Both the position numbers and the translations under genes were made by a program. The notes beneath the pieces were generated by a model. The model saw nothing but the letters and a program-made list of their open reading frames with translations, had not been told where the DNA came from and searched no databases. A stretch of 64,000 nucleotides of DNA from an uncultured Chloroflexia bacterium (GTDB lineage Bacteria; Chloroflexota; Anaerolineae; Anaerolineales; UBA4823), in NCBI GenBank assembly GCA_963702535.1, contig CAVPDG010000025.1, forward strand, positions 237,315 through 301,314, written 5' to 3'. How positions within the stretch are numbered: position 1 is the first letter of the stretch; each line of letters starts with the position of its first letter. Positions 42,044 to 53,571 of the stretch are shown piece by piece.

Positions 42044-45000
42044 ATGAGCTCTTCAACCAGTGTTTTCATCCGTCAGATACAACGGGTCTTCCCTGAAACG
42101 GTCTGGCATTGGCTCATCAGAGCCTTGCGCCACGACCCGCTGGTCTGGGAATTCCTGATTTCAGAAGCTGGTCAAAAAAGCGTTGATCTCAGCTCTGGGC
42201 GCCAGGAATCGCTCTCCCCGGCTAATCTGGCGTTGCTTGCCATGCATTATCCGATCAGCGCGGAGAGCCTGCGTGAAGAGCCTATGCAGCCGGTGGACCT
42301 GGAAAACCTGGAGCTCCCCGCAGGCGAGCCAGGTCTCACCCTGGCGCAGGCAGGCAAAGACGCTCTCTGCCTGCGTGAGCGACGCCGTCTGTTAGGCAGT
42401 TGGAATGGGCTGAACAATGATCTGCTCGCGCTCTCCCCGACAGCGGTCGCATGTCTATTCGGCATGCTCTCTGATCCTCAGGAGCCATTCCACGTGCTCC
42501 TGGCTGGAGCGACCAGCCAGGGCTCGCTGGAGCAGGCAGCGACCTTGACGGCGCATGCCTTGCTCAGCAACCCCCAGTCGCCAGCCGGACAGTATGGGTT
42601 TGCCACCCAGTTATTACAGGATTTACCGCCAGCCGCTGGCTTAGAATTCATCAAAAAGGTACAGAGCTATGCTCCCCGGCTCAGCGCCGACCTGGCTGGC
42701 GACCTGGCTGCCCACCTCCAAAAAACCTCAATCACACCGCCTCCAGCCGATGAGAATGCACTCCTCGAGCAGGTCTCTGCGCTGGCGAAAGCCGCTGAGG
42801 CGGGGATACTCGCCGAACATGCCGAGCAAGCCGCACGGACGATCGATGCTTCGATTAAAGCAGCCCGCATGCTTGAAGCCAGGTTAACTGCCCGCAAAGC
42901 CCGTTTCCTTTCAGCGCAGGGAGACGACCAGGCTGCACTCCAGGCTTGGGAGGCCGCCAGCCAGCTCGACCCGAGCTCAGCCGCTCTGGTGGGTCAGACG
43001 GCAATGGCGCTGCTCGATGCCGGTCGCACCGCCGATGCGCAAAATGTCCTGGCGTCCGCCCAGGGTCCCGCGGCGCTGATCCACATCGCCCGGGCGCGGT
43101 TGGCGTTTCTTCGCGACAATGAAGAGCAGGCGCAGTCAGAAACCCGGCAGTCTCTGGAGCTGCTGGAGGCAGGCGATACTGAATGCGAGCCAGCGCCGCC
43201 GCTGCACACATTGCCGGCTGCCCACCTGGCAGGTCTGCTCATGCAGCTCAACCAACCTGCCCAGGCTGCCAGAGCGGCGCAAATTGCTGCCAGCCAGGCT
43301 CCCAACGATGCCGACATCTACGCTTTGCTGGCTCGCGCTCAATGGGCAAGCGGGGATTGGGAAGGAGCGGTAGCTGTCCAGCCAGATCTCCACTTGCCTG
43401 GAGCCATCCCGCCTGGACTTGCGGCGTGAGCTTACAGAGCGGTTGGAGCTGGCAGAAGACTGGGAAGCAGCCCTGCTAGAACGTAAAAGCCTCAACGAAA
43501 AACTGGATCCACCATCGATAGAAGACCTGCATGCCCTCAGTGAATGTGCGCTGAACGCGGGAGATGCGCGGTTGTGCTTACAGGTCTGTGAGCAGATCCT
43601 GGAGCAAGAGCCTCAAGACGGCATCGCGCTTGCCTGGCAAGGTGAAGCCCAGGCTGCTCTCGGCGAGATCGAGCCAGCACTGGAGAGCCTGCACCAGGCA
43701 ATCCAGGTTGCCCCCAGCCTGGCGATCCCCTGGTTGTCTTTAGCCAAGGTTTACCAGGGCGCCAGCCAACCCCAGAAAGCCCTGGAAACGTTGCGAGCAG
43801 CCACGTATGCGGTTCCGGATGACGCCTTGATCCATCTAAAATTGGGCGAGGCGTATATTGAAGGAGGCTCGCCAACACAGGCGCTGAGCGACCTGCGCCT
43901 GGCGGCTGAGCTTGCCGATCAGGATCAAGAGTACCCTCAATCTGAGCTAAAAAGGCACCGCATGGCGCACCTGCGCATGATCATCGCCCTGCGGCTCGGT
44001 CAGACACTGGGACACCTGGGTCATCAAGAAGAAGCCCATCATGTCCTGGAAGAGGCTTACAGCCAGGCGCCATCCAATCCGGAGATCGCCCGGGGATATG
44101 CCCAAGTGCTGCTGGCAGAAGGTGAGCTAACTGCAGCTCTGATGCCCCTGGAAACCATCCTGAATAGCCAAACTGCCGATCTGGAGGCTTACCTGGACTA
44201 TGCCGGATGCATAGCTCGAGCTCCACCAGCGCAATGAATGCGATATCTCGCTAGAAAAAGTCCTTCCGGCGCTCTACAAGGCGCTGGAGCTCCAACCCGC
44301 TCACCCCCAGGCGACCGCCATGCTGGGTGAGGCGCTGTTAAGCTGCGGCAAGCCGGTTGAAGCCCAGGCAGCGTTCAGCCAGGCTTTATTATCCGATCTG
44401 GGGCAGGACCCTTGCTGGCAGGTGCGCCTCTCTTTAGGTCTGGGGCAGGCAGCTATGCAGCTTGGCGAGTTTGAAACGGCAGTCGCCGCATTGCAGGAAG
44501 CCAACCGCATTGACCCCTTGAACTCGAAAATCCAGCGCTGTTTATCCCAGGCTTATCTGGAGGCAGGTCTGGCAGATGAAGCCTTCCAGTCTGCCAGGGC
44601 GGCGTTGTTGCTGGCGCCCACCGATGTCGATCTGTTGATCTGGTTCGCGGACCAGTCGATGAAATTGCATGAAAAGACGGGCTCACAGGAAGCTCAGCAA
44701 GAAGCCCTGAATGCCTTGAAGCGCGCCGCGCAGATCTCGCCCTCCCGACCAGAGCTGGCTGTAAAGCTCGGTCAGATGCAGATGAGATTCGGTGAGAATG
44801 CGCTCGCCCGCCAAACACTCTTGCAATTAATCGCTGAGGATGAGACGGATGGCTGTTCGCAAGCCACAGTCAAAGACTACCAGATTGCCGCGCAGTGCCT
44901 GGTGCAGCTAGGAGATGCCAGCGCGGCTGTTATTTGCCTCGAAAGGGCGATCGAGCTGACGGGCAAGAGGGATGCCGGAACGCTCAGCCTGCTTACAGAC

Positions 45001-47567
45001 CTGGCAATCGCCCGCAACCGGGCGGGAGATCAAGCTGGCGCGCTGGAAGTCATCAACCAGGCAATTTCCCTTTATCCATACCAGGCAACACTTGTTCTTG
45101 ATGAAAGCCGACTTATTAAGTGAAATGAGCCCTCGCCTGCTGACGGGGCGTGATCCCAGTCACACAGCAATCAGCAGCGAGATCCTGGATTGTTTGCAGA
45201 CCGCGATCAGGCTCAAAGCGGATGATCCCAACCTGCACGAGCGAGTAGCGAACATCTATCGCCAGGCAGGCGATTTACGCCAGGCAAGCGCTCATGCCCG
45301 GCAGATGCTGGAGGTGTGCGGCGAAACGCTGCCTCAGCGCCTGCGCGCCCGGGCGCTGGCTGCCGATCTGGCGATCGCCCAGCTCCAGCCCGATATTATC
45401 CAGGAATTGCTCGAGCTGAACCTGCCTGCATTTAAATCCCCATCCGAAGCCGCAGAGGCAGATGCTCCGGAGTACTACCTCCTTCGTGCCGAGTGCGCAC
45501 TGGATGCCGGCGAGGAATATGTCGCCGCGCACGAGCTGGTGACTGCGAGCGAGATCGAGCCGCATCACCCCGCCCTCTTGAGCTTGCAAGCTCGCCTCGC
45601 CTTCCGGCGCAACGATCCACAACCTGCTTTGGAGCTGCTCACCTCCGCTCTGCTGGCGGCGGGCGACCTCTCCAGAATTTCTCCGCTGACCAACCGCATG
45701 CTGGCGAATCACAGCGCTTGAAATCGGTCAGTGGGAGCAAGCGATCCAGCTACATGAACGCCTGGCGCTGAACTATCCTCAAGAGCCGCTTTCCCACCTC
45801 GCCCTGGGACGTGCCCTGGTCCTGTGCGCCGAGCGCCAGCGCCTTTGCCAGGCGCTGGAGGTGGTCCGGCGCGCGCCGGGTGAGCAAATATTGAGCGAGA
45901 AAGCGGCGCAGGATTGCGAATCCAGCCTCCAAAAAGTTGAGGAGCTGGTGAGCAGGCTGCGGGGGTCGCTGCCCGTCCAGGTTCAAGTCCAGGTAAGTGA
46001 GTATCGGGCGCGTGGTAAAGCAGCTTTCAAGCCAGATACCGCCAGCGCTGCGTTGCTGGCAGATCTGCCTCCCAGCCCGGATGTCATTGCCGCCCAGATC
46101 GCCGTCTTACGCCAGACGGGCGAGCTTACCTTAGCTGGCTACCTGGCACGCGACTTTTCAAAGAATCCGACTGTCCTGCTGCAGCTCGCCCTTGCCTTGA
46201 TGGACGAGAAACCCCGCCAGGCAATGGCAGCCGCGCACGCCGCTGCCGACATCATCTCGGACTCAACAAATCGCCCACCAATGCAGCCCCTTCAGAGGCT
46301 ATATCCGCTGGTCCAGGTACTGATGGCGCGCCTCTACCATCGCAACGGCAACCGCTCTGGCGATCACATCTCGGCTATCCAGGCAATCCATAACGCCCTC
46401 GCCGCGTGGCAGGATGAGCCCCGCTGGCATTTGCTGGCAGCCGAGATCTATCTGGGACGCGGCCACCCGGATGATCTGGTGGATAAAGAAGAGGCAATCT
46501 CCCACCTGGAAGAAGCCATCCGGCTCGATCCCAAATACCCATCCCCCTACCTGAGCCTGGGGAAGATCTACCTGGAAGAAGGACAACCGGAGAAAACCAT
46601 CCAGGTCTGTGAGCAAGCCTCGCGCCTTGCGGCGGATGAACCCAGGACCTGGCACTTGTTGGCTCAGGCTCATCAGCACCTGGGGCAGCTTGACCAGGCA
46701 GCCTCCAGCGCCGAGCGCGCCATTGCCCTGGCTCCGCAGGAAACAGCTTATCTTGTGCTGCGCGGTGAGATCGCTATGGACGCGGGTGATTACCAGGCCG
46801 CGCACAGCCAGGCGCTGGTCGCCATCGAGAACGATCCCGACAATCCTGGCGCGCTGTTGCTCATGGCGCGCGCCTTGCAAGAGCTCGACCAGCCTGAAGA
46901 AGCCCTGGAAGTCTTGGAGAAGGCGGTGCAGTTTGTCCCGCAGCCTTTGCCTCTACACCTGGAGAAAGTGCGCTTGCTCAACCGGACACAGGGCGCGCAG
47001 GCTGCTTACCAATCGATACAGGAGCTCAACCAACGCTATCCGGACGAGCCCAGGGTATTAGCACTCATGGCAGATATTCTCGCCAAGGCCGATGAGCCGG
47101 GCGGCGCCATCCGTGTCGCCCAGCGCGCCTTGAGAATCAACGGCGAAACTGCAGTACTTTCTCCTAAGGAGCAAGGAGAGCTTCACTTCACGCTTGGCAA
47201 GCTAATGCGCCAGGGGGGTCAGCTGGACCAGGCTATCCATCACTTGAGCGAGGCTGCCCGCCTTACACCGCAAGGGATTGACATCTATCTCGAGCTCGGC
47301 ATGGCGCACCGCGAGCGCAGGCAATACACGGAAGCTATGGAAGCCTACCAGCAGGCAGCCGCGGCAGCGCCTAAGGATTACAGACCCTACAATGAGATGG
47401 GACTGACCTTCCGCGATAACAAAGACTATCTTGGCGCCGAGCGGATGCTCCGCCGCGCAGCAGAAATGGCGCCCAACGACCCGGCTGTGCACAGGTCACT
47501 GGCAGCCGTTGTCGCATTGAACCTGCTCCACAACCGCCGTGAAACCGTCCACAATATCCGGGCGTAA
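42044..47567 (+). CDS. very large TPR-repeat protein (~1840 aa if contiguous); four frame breaks (~43375, ~44211, ~45099, ~45712)
   Basis: ORFs 41981..43429 (ATG 42044), 43419..44237, 44320..45123, 44972..45721 and 45861..47567 are Ala/Leu/Gln-rich 34-residue-type repeats. Each junction is bridged by deleting one base, for example ...DYAGCI/LELHQRNECDISLEKVLPALYKALELQP... and ...MLANH/ALEIGQWEQAIQLHERL.... Confidence 0.7.
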
Positions 47568-47631
47568 GGGCAATTCCAGGCACAGCAGGCGCTTTTCAAA
47601 CACATTCATGGTGGATAGAGGTATCTGACGG

Positions 47632-50424
47632 ATGACATCGCAGCGCAACAGTTCCCCTCCGAGACAACGCATCAAGCGAGACGTATTCCTGAAGATGATC
47701 CGCACGGCTTCTGCAAGCACGCATTTGCGCTTCACGCGTGAGGCGTGCCTGGCGTGGCTGGCAGCTTTCCCCGGAGATTTACCGGTTAGCCTGATCTACG
47801 CCCAAACTTTGCTAAAAGAAGGTCATGCCGAGCAAGCGCTCCCGATCCTGGAAAGGCTTTGCCAGACAGACCCTGAGTACCTGGAGGCGTACGCCTCGAA
47901 ATTAGAGGCTGAAAATCGCCTGCGGGCAGCCAGGATGAGCGTGTCGAAAGCGCCCTTACAGGCTTATCGCCAGGCGACCGGTCCTCAACCCGAATTGACT
48001 CGCGCCTGTATCTACGCTCTGGGGGGAAGCGCAAAAACCGTCAATATCACCTCCAAAAGCTCGAATGCCATCTCACTGGACTACCAGGCTGCCTGGAGTG
48101 TTCAAGTGCGGCAGGCGCGCCAGGCTCTTGTGCAGGACAAAGCACCCGGGCAAGGCGAGAATATCTCGTTGGATGACGCGGAGACGCTCATTCATGGAGC
48201 GCTGGCGTCCAGCGAGACGAACCCCCTCATTGCGATCACCCATCTGCGCTTGATGCAAGCCAAAAAAGCCCCCGGGCAGAGTCTGCGCAAGCTGGCTGAG
48301 TATTACCTGCAGCGCTGGCCCGCTTGCCTGCAACTAAGCCTGATCCTTGCCAATGTTCAAATGGAAGGCGGCGAGCCAGATAAAGCAGTCAACTTGCTGC
48401 ATCAAGCTGCTGCCCGCGATGTAACCGGGCAGGTCATATCACGTCTGTGGGGGGACCATCACCCGTACCTGACCCTGTGGCCCGAACGCCTTGAGATCGA
48501 GCTAGAAATCGCTATCCCTGCCGAGATTGCCGCCGCCCTGGGTTGGAACCAGCTGCCAGAGATCGCGCATGCCCTCACACCCGGTAGCTACCCTGCCCGT
48601 CCATGGCGGGATAGTGCTGCCAAATCTGCCAGAAGAGATCCAGCCAGCAAAGATGGGACCAGAGCAGCCGCTGCCTATAGCGTACCGGAGTCTTTACGCC
48701 CCATCCAGGACGAGCTGGAGCGCGTGGCACAGCGGCTACACCAAACCGGTCTTGCCAGCTCGGATGGGCGTTTTCCGGTTTATGTGCTCATGACCACCCG
48801 CAGCGGGTTGCAAGCCCAATACGGCGCTCAGTCAGCCTCGCTGGTCGAACAAGAGATGAAGCGCATGGTAGCAGCCATACAACAGCGCCGGGATTGGCAC
48901 GCCATGCTGTTTTACGCCGACCAACCTTCCATTCCAGACCTGCGACCGGCGCGTTACAACGACCCCTGGTCGCTGAAGCTGGCTCTGGCAGACCTGGATG
49001 CCGCTCTCGGCAAAGAAGGGGAGATGATCGGCGCAGTATTGATTGTGGGCGGACCGGAGGTCATCCCGTTCCACCAGCTCCCCAATCCGGTAGACGATGC
49101 CGATGATGACGTCCCCTCAGACAACCCGTATAGCACTCGGGACGAGAATTATTTCATCCCCGAATGGCCTGTCGGCAGGCTGCCGGGAGGCTGCTCGTCC
49201 GATCCGGCGAGCTTGATCAGCGGATTAGCCAGTATCACCCGGCGCCATGCAGAGTTCGTCAAACAGAGCCGCAAAACGCCCTGGTATCGAGGCTGGTTGC
49301 ACCGCTTTACCTACTGGCTGCGGATCAATCCGAAATCAGGGAGCAAGGGCGCCAGGAAGCAGGCCAGCATTGGATATACTGCAGCCGTATGGCGCAAAGC
49401 CTCAGCCGTTGTATATCAACCGATCGGCGAGCCAAAGGCATTGAAAGTCTCGCCGCCCCTATGCAACGACGCCACGTCCATCGCTCCCCTGCCCCAGGCA
49501 AGGCTGGGCTACTTCAATCTCCACGGGCTGGTCGATGCAGTGGAATGGTACGGTCAAAGCGACCCTGAAAATACCTCGGCTAAAGCAAGCAGCAAGGACA
49601 TGATCGATGGTCAGCCTGCTGTTACAGGCATAGATTACCCGGTGGCTGTGCGCCCGCAGGACATCCAGGGCAGCAGCTCTCCCGATATTATCTTCACCGA
49701 AGCCTGCTATGGTACCCATATCATTGGCAAAAAGGTGGATGAAGCGCTTTCGTTGAAATTCCTGCAAGCAGGATGCCAGGCGGTCGCAGGATCAACCTGT
49801 ACCTCCTATGGTTCGGTTACAGCGCCGTTAATCGCCGCCGACTTCCTCGGGCATGCCTTCTGGAACTACCTGCGCCAGGGTTGCCCGGCGGGAGAGGCGT
49901 TGCGCCGCGCCAAGATCGCCCTTGCCCGTGAGATGCACCAAAGACAGGGCTACCTGGACGGAGAAGACCAGAAAACTTTGATTTCCTTCGTGCTTTATGG
50001 AGATCCCCTGGCTCTGCCCAGCGACGTGCAAATGCAATCGAAATCTATCCTCCGTTCGGTGAAACCCCCGACAAAGCTCAAAATGGTGTGTGATCGCCAA
50101 CCGGAGGAAGACACAGACCAACCCGTTCCGGCTGAGGTTATGATGCACGCCAAGCAGATCGTCCGGCAGTATCTACCGGGTATGCAGGATGCGCAAATCC
50201 TCTTCAGCCAGGAGCACCTCAACTGCGGCAAGCCGGGGCAGCCTTGCCAGGCTCATTCGGATGGTAGCACAGCAAGCCGCGGAAAGGCGCCTCGGGTGGC
50301 GCCTCGGCGGCGTGTCGTGGTTCTCAGCAAACAGGTTGCCAGTTCGGACCACCTGCACCAGCACTTCGCCCGGATTACCATGGATGAGCAAAACCGCCTG
50401 GTCAAGTTGGTGGTCTCTCGCTGA
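47632..50424 (+). CDS. TPR-like N-terminal domain fused to a clan CD (caspase/legumain/gingipain-like) cysteine-protease-like domain
   Basis: Intact 930-aa ORF. N-terminal helical repeats (…AQTLLKEGHAEQALPILERLCQTDPEYLEAY…). C-terminal part has ...VLIVGGPEVIPFH..., a His-Gly dyad in a beta-strand context GYFNLHGL, and a Cys in PDIIFTEACYGTHI. Confidence 0.45.
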   Translation: MTSQRNSSPPRQRIKRDVFLKMIRTASASTHLRFTREACLAWLAAFPGDLPVSLIYAQTLLKEGHAEQALPILERLCQTDPEYLEAYASKLEAENRLRAARMSVSKAPLQAYRQATGPQPELTRACIYALGGSAKTVNITSKSSNAISLDYQAAWSVQVRQARQALVQDKAPGQGENISLDDAETLIHGALASSETNPLIAITHLRLMQAKKAPGQSLRKLAEYYLQRWPACLQLSLILANVQMEGGEPDKAVNLLHQAAARDVTGQVISRLWGDHHPYLTLWPERLEIELEIAIPAEIAAALGWNQLPEIAHALTPGSYPARPWRDSAAKSARRDPASKDGTRAAAAYSVPESLRPIQDELERVAQRLHQTGLASSDGRFPVYVLMTTRSGLQAQYGAQSASLVEQEMKRMVAAIQQRRDWHAMLFYADQPSIPDLRPARYNDPWSLKLALADLDAALGKEGEMIGAVLIVGGPEVIPFHQLPNPVDDADDDVPSDNPYSTRDENYFIPEWPVGRLPGGCSSDPASLISGLASITRRHAEFVKQSRKTPWYRGWLHRFTYWLRINPKSGSKGARKQASIGYTAAVWRKASAVVYQPIGEPKALKVSPPLCNDATSIAPLPQARLGYFNLHGLVDAVEWYGQSDPENTSAKASSKDMIDGQPAVTGIDYPVAVRPQDIQGSSSPDIIFTEACYGTHIIGKKVDEALSLKFLQAGCQAVAGSTCTSYGSVTAPLIAADFLGHAFWNYLRQGCPAGEALRRAKIALAREMHQRQGYLDGEDQKTLISFVLYGDPLALPSDVQMQSKSILRSVKPPTKLKMVCDRQPEEDTDQPVPAEVMMHAKQIVRQYLPGMQDAQILFSQEHLNCGKPGQPCQAHSDGSTASRGKAPRVAPRRRVVVLSKQVASSDHLHQHFARITMDEQNRLVKLVVSR

Positions 50425-50493
50425 TCTGGGTGTCTTCTTAGAGATATCTCATCTCTAAATCAAGCCAGCCAAATCATGGTATGATAATCCGCT

Positions 50494-51986
50494 GTGAGAA
50501 ACCGGTCATTGTTTTCCCCGCTGCGCTGGTTTTCAGCCTTGTTTGTGCTGGCAGCTCTGATCCTCATCATCATCAACCTGGTTCAGTACAGCCGCACTCA
50601 AGCTAATTTTCCCGCGGGGATGAAGATCGCCGGCGTGCCCGTAGGAGGCATGGATCGCCAGCTTGCCGCCCAGCGCCTGGTGGAGGCATACTCGATCCCC
50701 ATCGAGCTGGTTTACAACCAGGCTCTCATCCAGGTCAGCCCATCGGTAATCGATTTTCAGCTGGACCTGGATAGCATGCTGGGCGCCGCAGACCTGCAGC
50801 GCACGCAGAATAACTTCTGGGTCGGTTTCTGGGACTTTCTCTGGGGGCGCTCAACCTCGCCGACGGAGGTCCCCCTGCGCTCAACCTTCTCGAAGGCGCG
50901 CCTTGCAGACTTACCTGGAAAATGAGGTTGCGAAACGCTACGACCAGCCCCCGGTCGCCGCCAAACCGGTGGTTGGCACCGTCAATTTTGAGCCGGGTGC
51001 GCCGGGGACGGTTCTCAACGTCGAGGCGTCGCTAGGGTTGGTCGAGAGCTCCTTGAACTCACTCAGCCAGCGGCAGGTAGTTCTGCCGCTGGAACGCACC
51101 CAGCCGCCACGTCCCGCATTCGACAACCTCAAAATCTTGCTCAAGCAAACCGTCGACTTAGCCGGTTTCGACGGGCTGGCAGGCATCTACCTGCATGATT
51201 TACAAACCAACCAGGAAGTTCACTTTAGAATACCGCCAGGGGGAAGAGCTGCCCGTTCAGCCGGATGTGGCGTATACCGCATCCAGCATCATCAAGGTTC
51301 CGATTATGGTTTCAGTTTACCGCCGCCTGGGCGAGAATCCGGATGCGGAAACCATGCGACTGATGGGCGAGATGATCACAAAATCGGGGAACGAGACTGC
51401 TGACTGGCTGATGGATCGCGTCATCGATGGTAATCGAGCTCCGCTTACCGTCACCGAAGATATGCAGGCTGCCGGTTTGCAGAACACCTTCCTGGCAGGT
51501 TACTTTACCTTCGGCTCGCCGCTGCTCGCTCAGATCGAGACACCCGCCAACCAGCGCTCGGATATCAACACAGACCCCGACCTTTATAGCCAGACCACCC
51601 CCTCCGATATCGGTATGCTCCTCGAGGATATCTATGAGTGCGCCGAGACCGGCGGCGGGGCTTTGATGGCGGCTTTCCCCGGTGATTTCACACAGGTAGA
51701 ATGCCAATCGATGCTGGATTATCTAAAGAACAATAAACTGCCCGTTCTCTTGACCGCTGGCATCCCCGAAACAGTGCAAATCGCGCATAAGCATGGCTGG
51801 GTATCCGACGGGAATGGCGTGATCAATACCATCGGCGATGCCGGCATCATCTACTCTCCCGCCGGGAATTATGTTCTGGTTGTCTTCCTCAACCACCCGG
51901 ACCAACTGGTCTGGGAACCAGCGTCCAAGCTGATCGAGAACCTCTCACGAGCCGTTTACAATTACTACAATATCCCGGAAGGGTAA
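50494..51986 (+). CDS. membrane-anchored serine hydrolase, class A beta-lactamase-like fold; frame breaks near 50901 and 51228
   Basis: GTG 50494. TM FSALFVLAALILIIINLV. Junctions ...FSKAR/LQTYLENEVAKRYDQ... and ...NQEVHF/EYRQGEELPVQPDVAY.... Motifs SxxK (TASSIIK), SxN (KSGNE) and a KTG-like HKHGW. Confidence 0.65.
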
Positions 51987-52017
51987 ACCAGGGCTTGTGC
52001 TTTGAATTCTTTTTAAG

Positions 52018-52056
52018 GGCGGCAGTTGCACGAAGGAGTGATTGCCGCCTCTTTTT
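52018..52056 (+). terminator. rho-independent terminator
   Basis: GGCGGCA - 18 nt - TGCCGCC followed by TCTTTTTG, 32 nt after the stop at 51986. Confidence 0.55.
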
Positions 52057-52154
52057 GTCTCTACCCACCAGAACGGGTATGGGTAGCCTGAATTATTGCC
52101 CCGGTTGGTCGGAAAGTTTGATATCATAGCCATCATTACCAGGAGGATGGACCG

Positions 52155-53048
52155 GTGCCGCGTAAAATACACGTCGTGATCAATCCGGCCTCAGGCCAAC
52201 CCCAACCGATCTTGCACACCCTCAACCGGGTATTCCGGACAGCCAAAGTCGACTGGAGCATATCCATCACCCAGCAAAGCGGTGATGCCGAAAGTTTCGC
52301 CCGCCAGGCGGCAGCCTCGGGCGCCGACGTCGTGGCTGCCTATGGCGGTGATGGAACCGTGATGGAAGTTGCCCGGGGGCTGCTCGGTAGCCAGGCGCTG
52401 ATGGCAATCTTGCCCGGCGGGACTGCCAATCTGATGTCGGTGGAGCTGGGCATCCCCAAGAAACTGGATAAGGCTGCTGCCGTGGCGTGCAGCGAACGCA
52501 GCATCATCCGCCAGGTGGATATGGGCAAGATGGGAGAGACACCATTTCTGTTGCGGGTGGGGATGGGTTTCGCCGCCCGCAAAGTCAAGCTGGCAGACCG
52601 GCAGTTGAAAGACAAATACGGTGTGCTGGCTTATACCATTGCCGCCATGAAAGCCCTGGCAAAATCTAAAATGGCTTTGTACCGGATAAACCTGGATGGA
52701 GAAACGGTTGAGATCAAAGGCTTGACCTGCCTGGTGGACAATGCCGGTAACATGGGGATTGCTGGCTCAGCTCCCGGAAGGAATATCAGCGTCAGCGACG
52801 GGCTGCTGGATGTTTTGCTGATCACAGATCCCGGTTTCAGCTCCGCCGTCGACATCGCTGCAGGCAAGCCGTTGATCAACCTCTCCAACACCTACGCACA
52901 TTGGCAAGCCCGGCAGATCGAAATCAGCGCAGAGCCATCTCAGCCGGTTCAGCTCGACGGCGAGATGGCGGGTAGGACGCCGCTTTCCATCCAGGTCATC
53001 CCCCACGCGTTGCGTATCCTGACCCCCGCAAATGAAAATGCCAGATAA
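52155..53048 (+). CDS. diacylglycerol kinase-family lipid kinase (YegS/DagK-like)
   Basis: GTG start 8 nt after AGGAGG. 297 aa. NPASGQ, catalytic-domain motif VVAAYGGDGTVMEV, ILPGGTANL. Confidence 0.8.
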   Translation: MPRKIHVVINPASGQPQPILHTLNRVFRTAKVDWSISITQQSGDAESFARQAAASGADVVAAYGGDGTVMEVARGLLGSQALMAILPGGTANLMSVELGIPKKLDKAAAVACSERSIIRQVDMGKMGETPFLLRVGMGFAARKVKLADRQLKDKYGVLAYTIAAMKALAKSKMALYRINLDGETVEIKGLTCLVDNAGNMGIAGSAPGRNISVSDGLLDVLLITDPGFSSAVDIAAGKPLINLSNTYAHWQARQIEISAEPSQPVQLDGEMAGRTPLSIQVIPHALRILTPANENAR

Positions 53049-53087
53049 TCGCTTTTCCAGATCATCGAACAGGAGGTATCTATTCCA

Positions 53088-53567
53088 ATGCAAGAGCTAA
53101 CAGATTTCCCTTACCAGGTTCCGGGAGAAAAACGCCAGCAGGCGCTGGATAGCTGCCTGGCAACCATCCGTGACTGGGGACTGACCATGCCCGGCGGTAC
53201 GCCGCTGGTCCTGGATTTCGGCTTGGGACGCTTCGACGAGATCGGCGAGATTGAGTTCTGGGTCGCTAACGAGGAAGAGGCGGGTTATTGTGGCAAATTC
53301 TTGTATGTCCAGGACGGGCAGACCTGCCCTTACCACCAGCACGCCCATAAGCACGAGACATTCTTTGTCGTCAAAGGGAAAGTCCGCATGGTGATCGACG
53401 ACCAGGAAAAAATATTGAATGAGGGCGATGTATTGGTGATGCCCCCTGGCATGCGGCATTCCTTCACCGGCGTCGGTCCGGCGCTGCTGCTGGAAGCCTC
53501 CATGCCCAGCACTCGCCAGGATAACTTCTTCGCTGATAAAGCCATCGGCGAAGAAGGCGTCATCTAA
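53088..53567 (+). CDS. cupin-domain protein (D-lyxose/D-mannose isomerase-like)
   Basis: 159 aa with SD AGGAGG. Cupin His motifs YHQHAHKHETFFVVKGKV and PPGMRHSF. Confidence 0.6.
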   Translation: MQELTDFPYQVPGEKRQQALDSCLATIRDWGLTMPGGTPLVLDFGLGRFDEIGEIEFWVANEEEAGYCGKFLYVQDGQTCPYHQHAHKHETFFVVKGKVRMVIDDQEKILNEGDVLVMPPGMRHSFTGVGPALLLEASMPSTRQDNFFADKAIGEEGVI

Positions 53568-53571
53568 GGAC

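Noticed and set aside
46864-46879. TGGCGC-gcgcc-TTGCA, a 10/11 sigma-54 consensus match.
   Set aside because: It lies deep inside the TPR coding sequence (codons MARALQ), about 750 nt from the next start codon. About one such match per window is expected by chance.
47578-47593. AGGCAC-agcag-GCGCT upstream of the 930-aa gene as a sigma-54 promoter.
   Set aside because: GG and GC are present at the right spacing, but the TT of the -12 element and the T of the -24 element are missing (8/11). This is indistinguishable from background.
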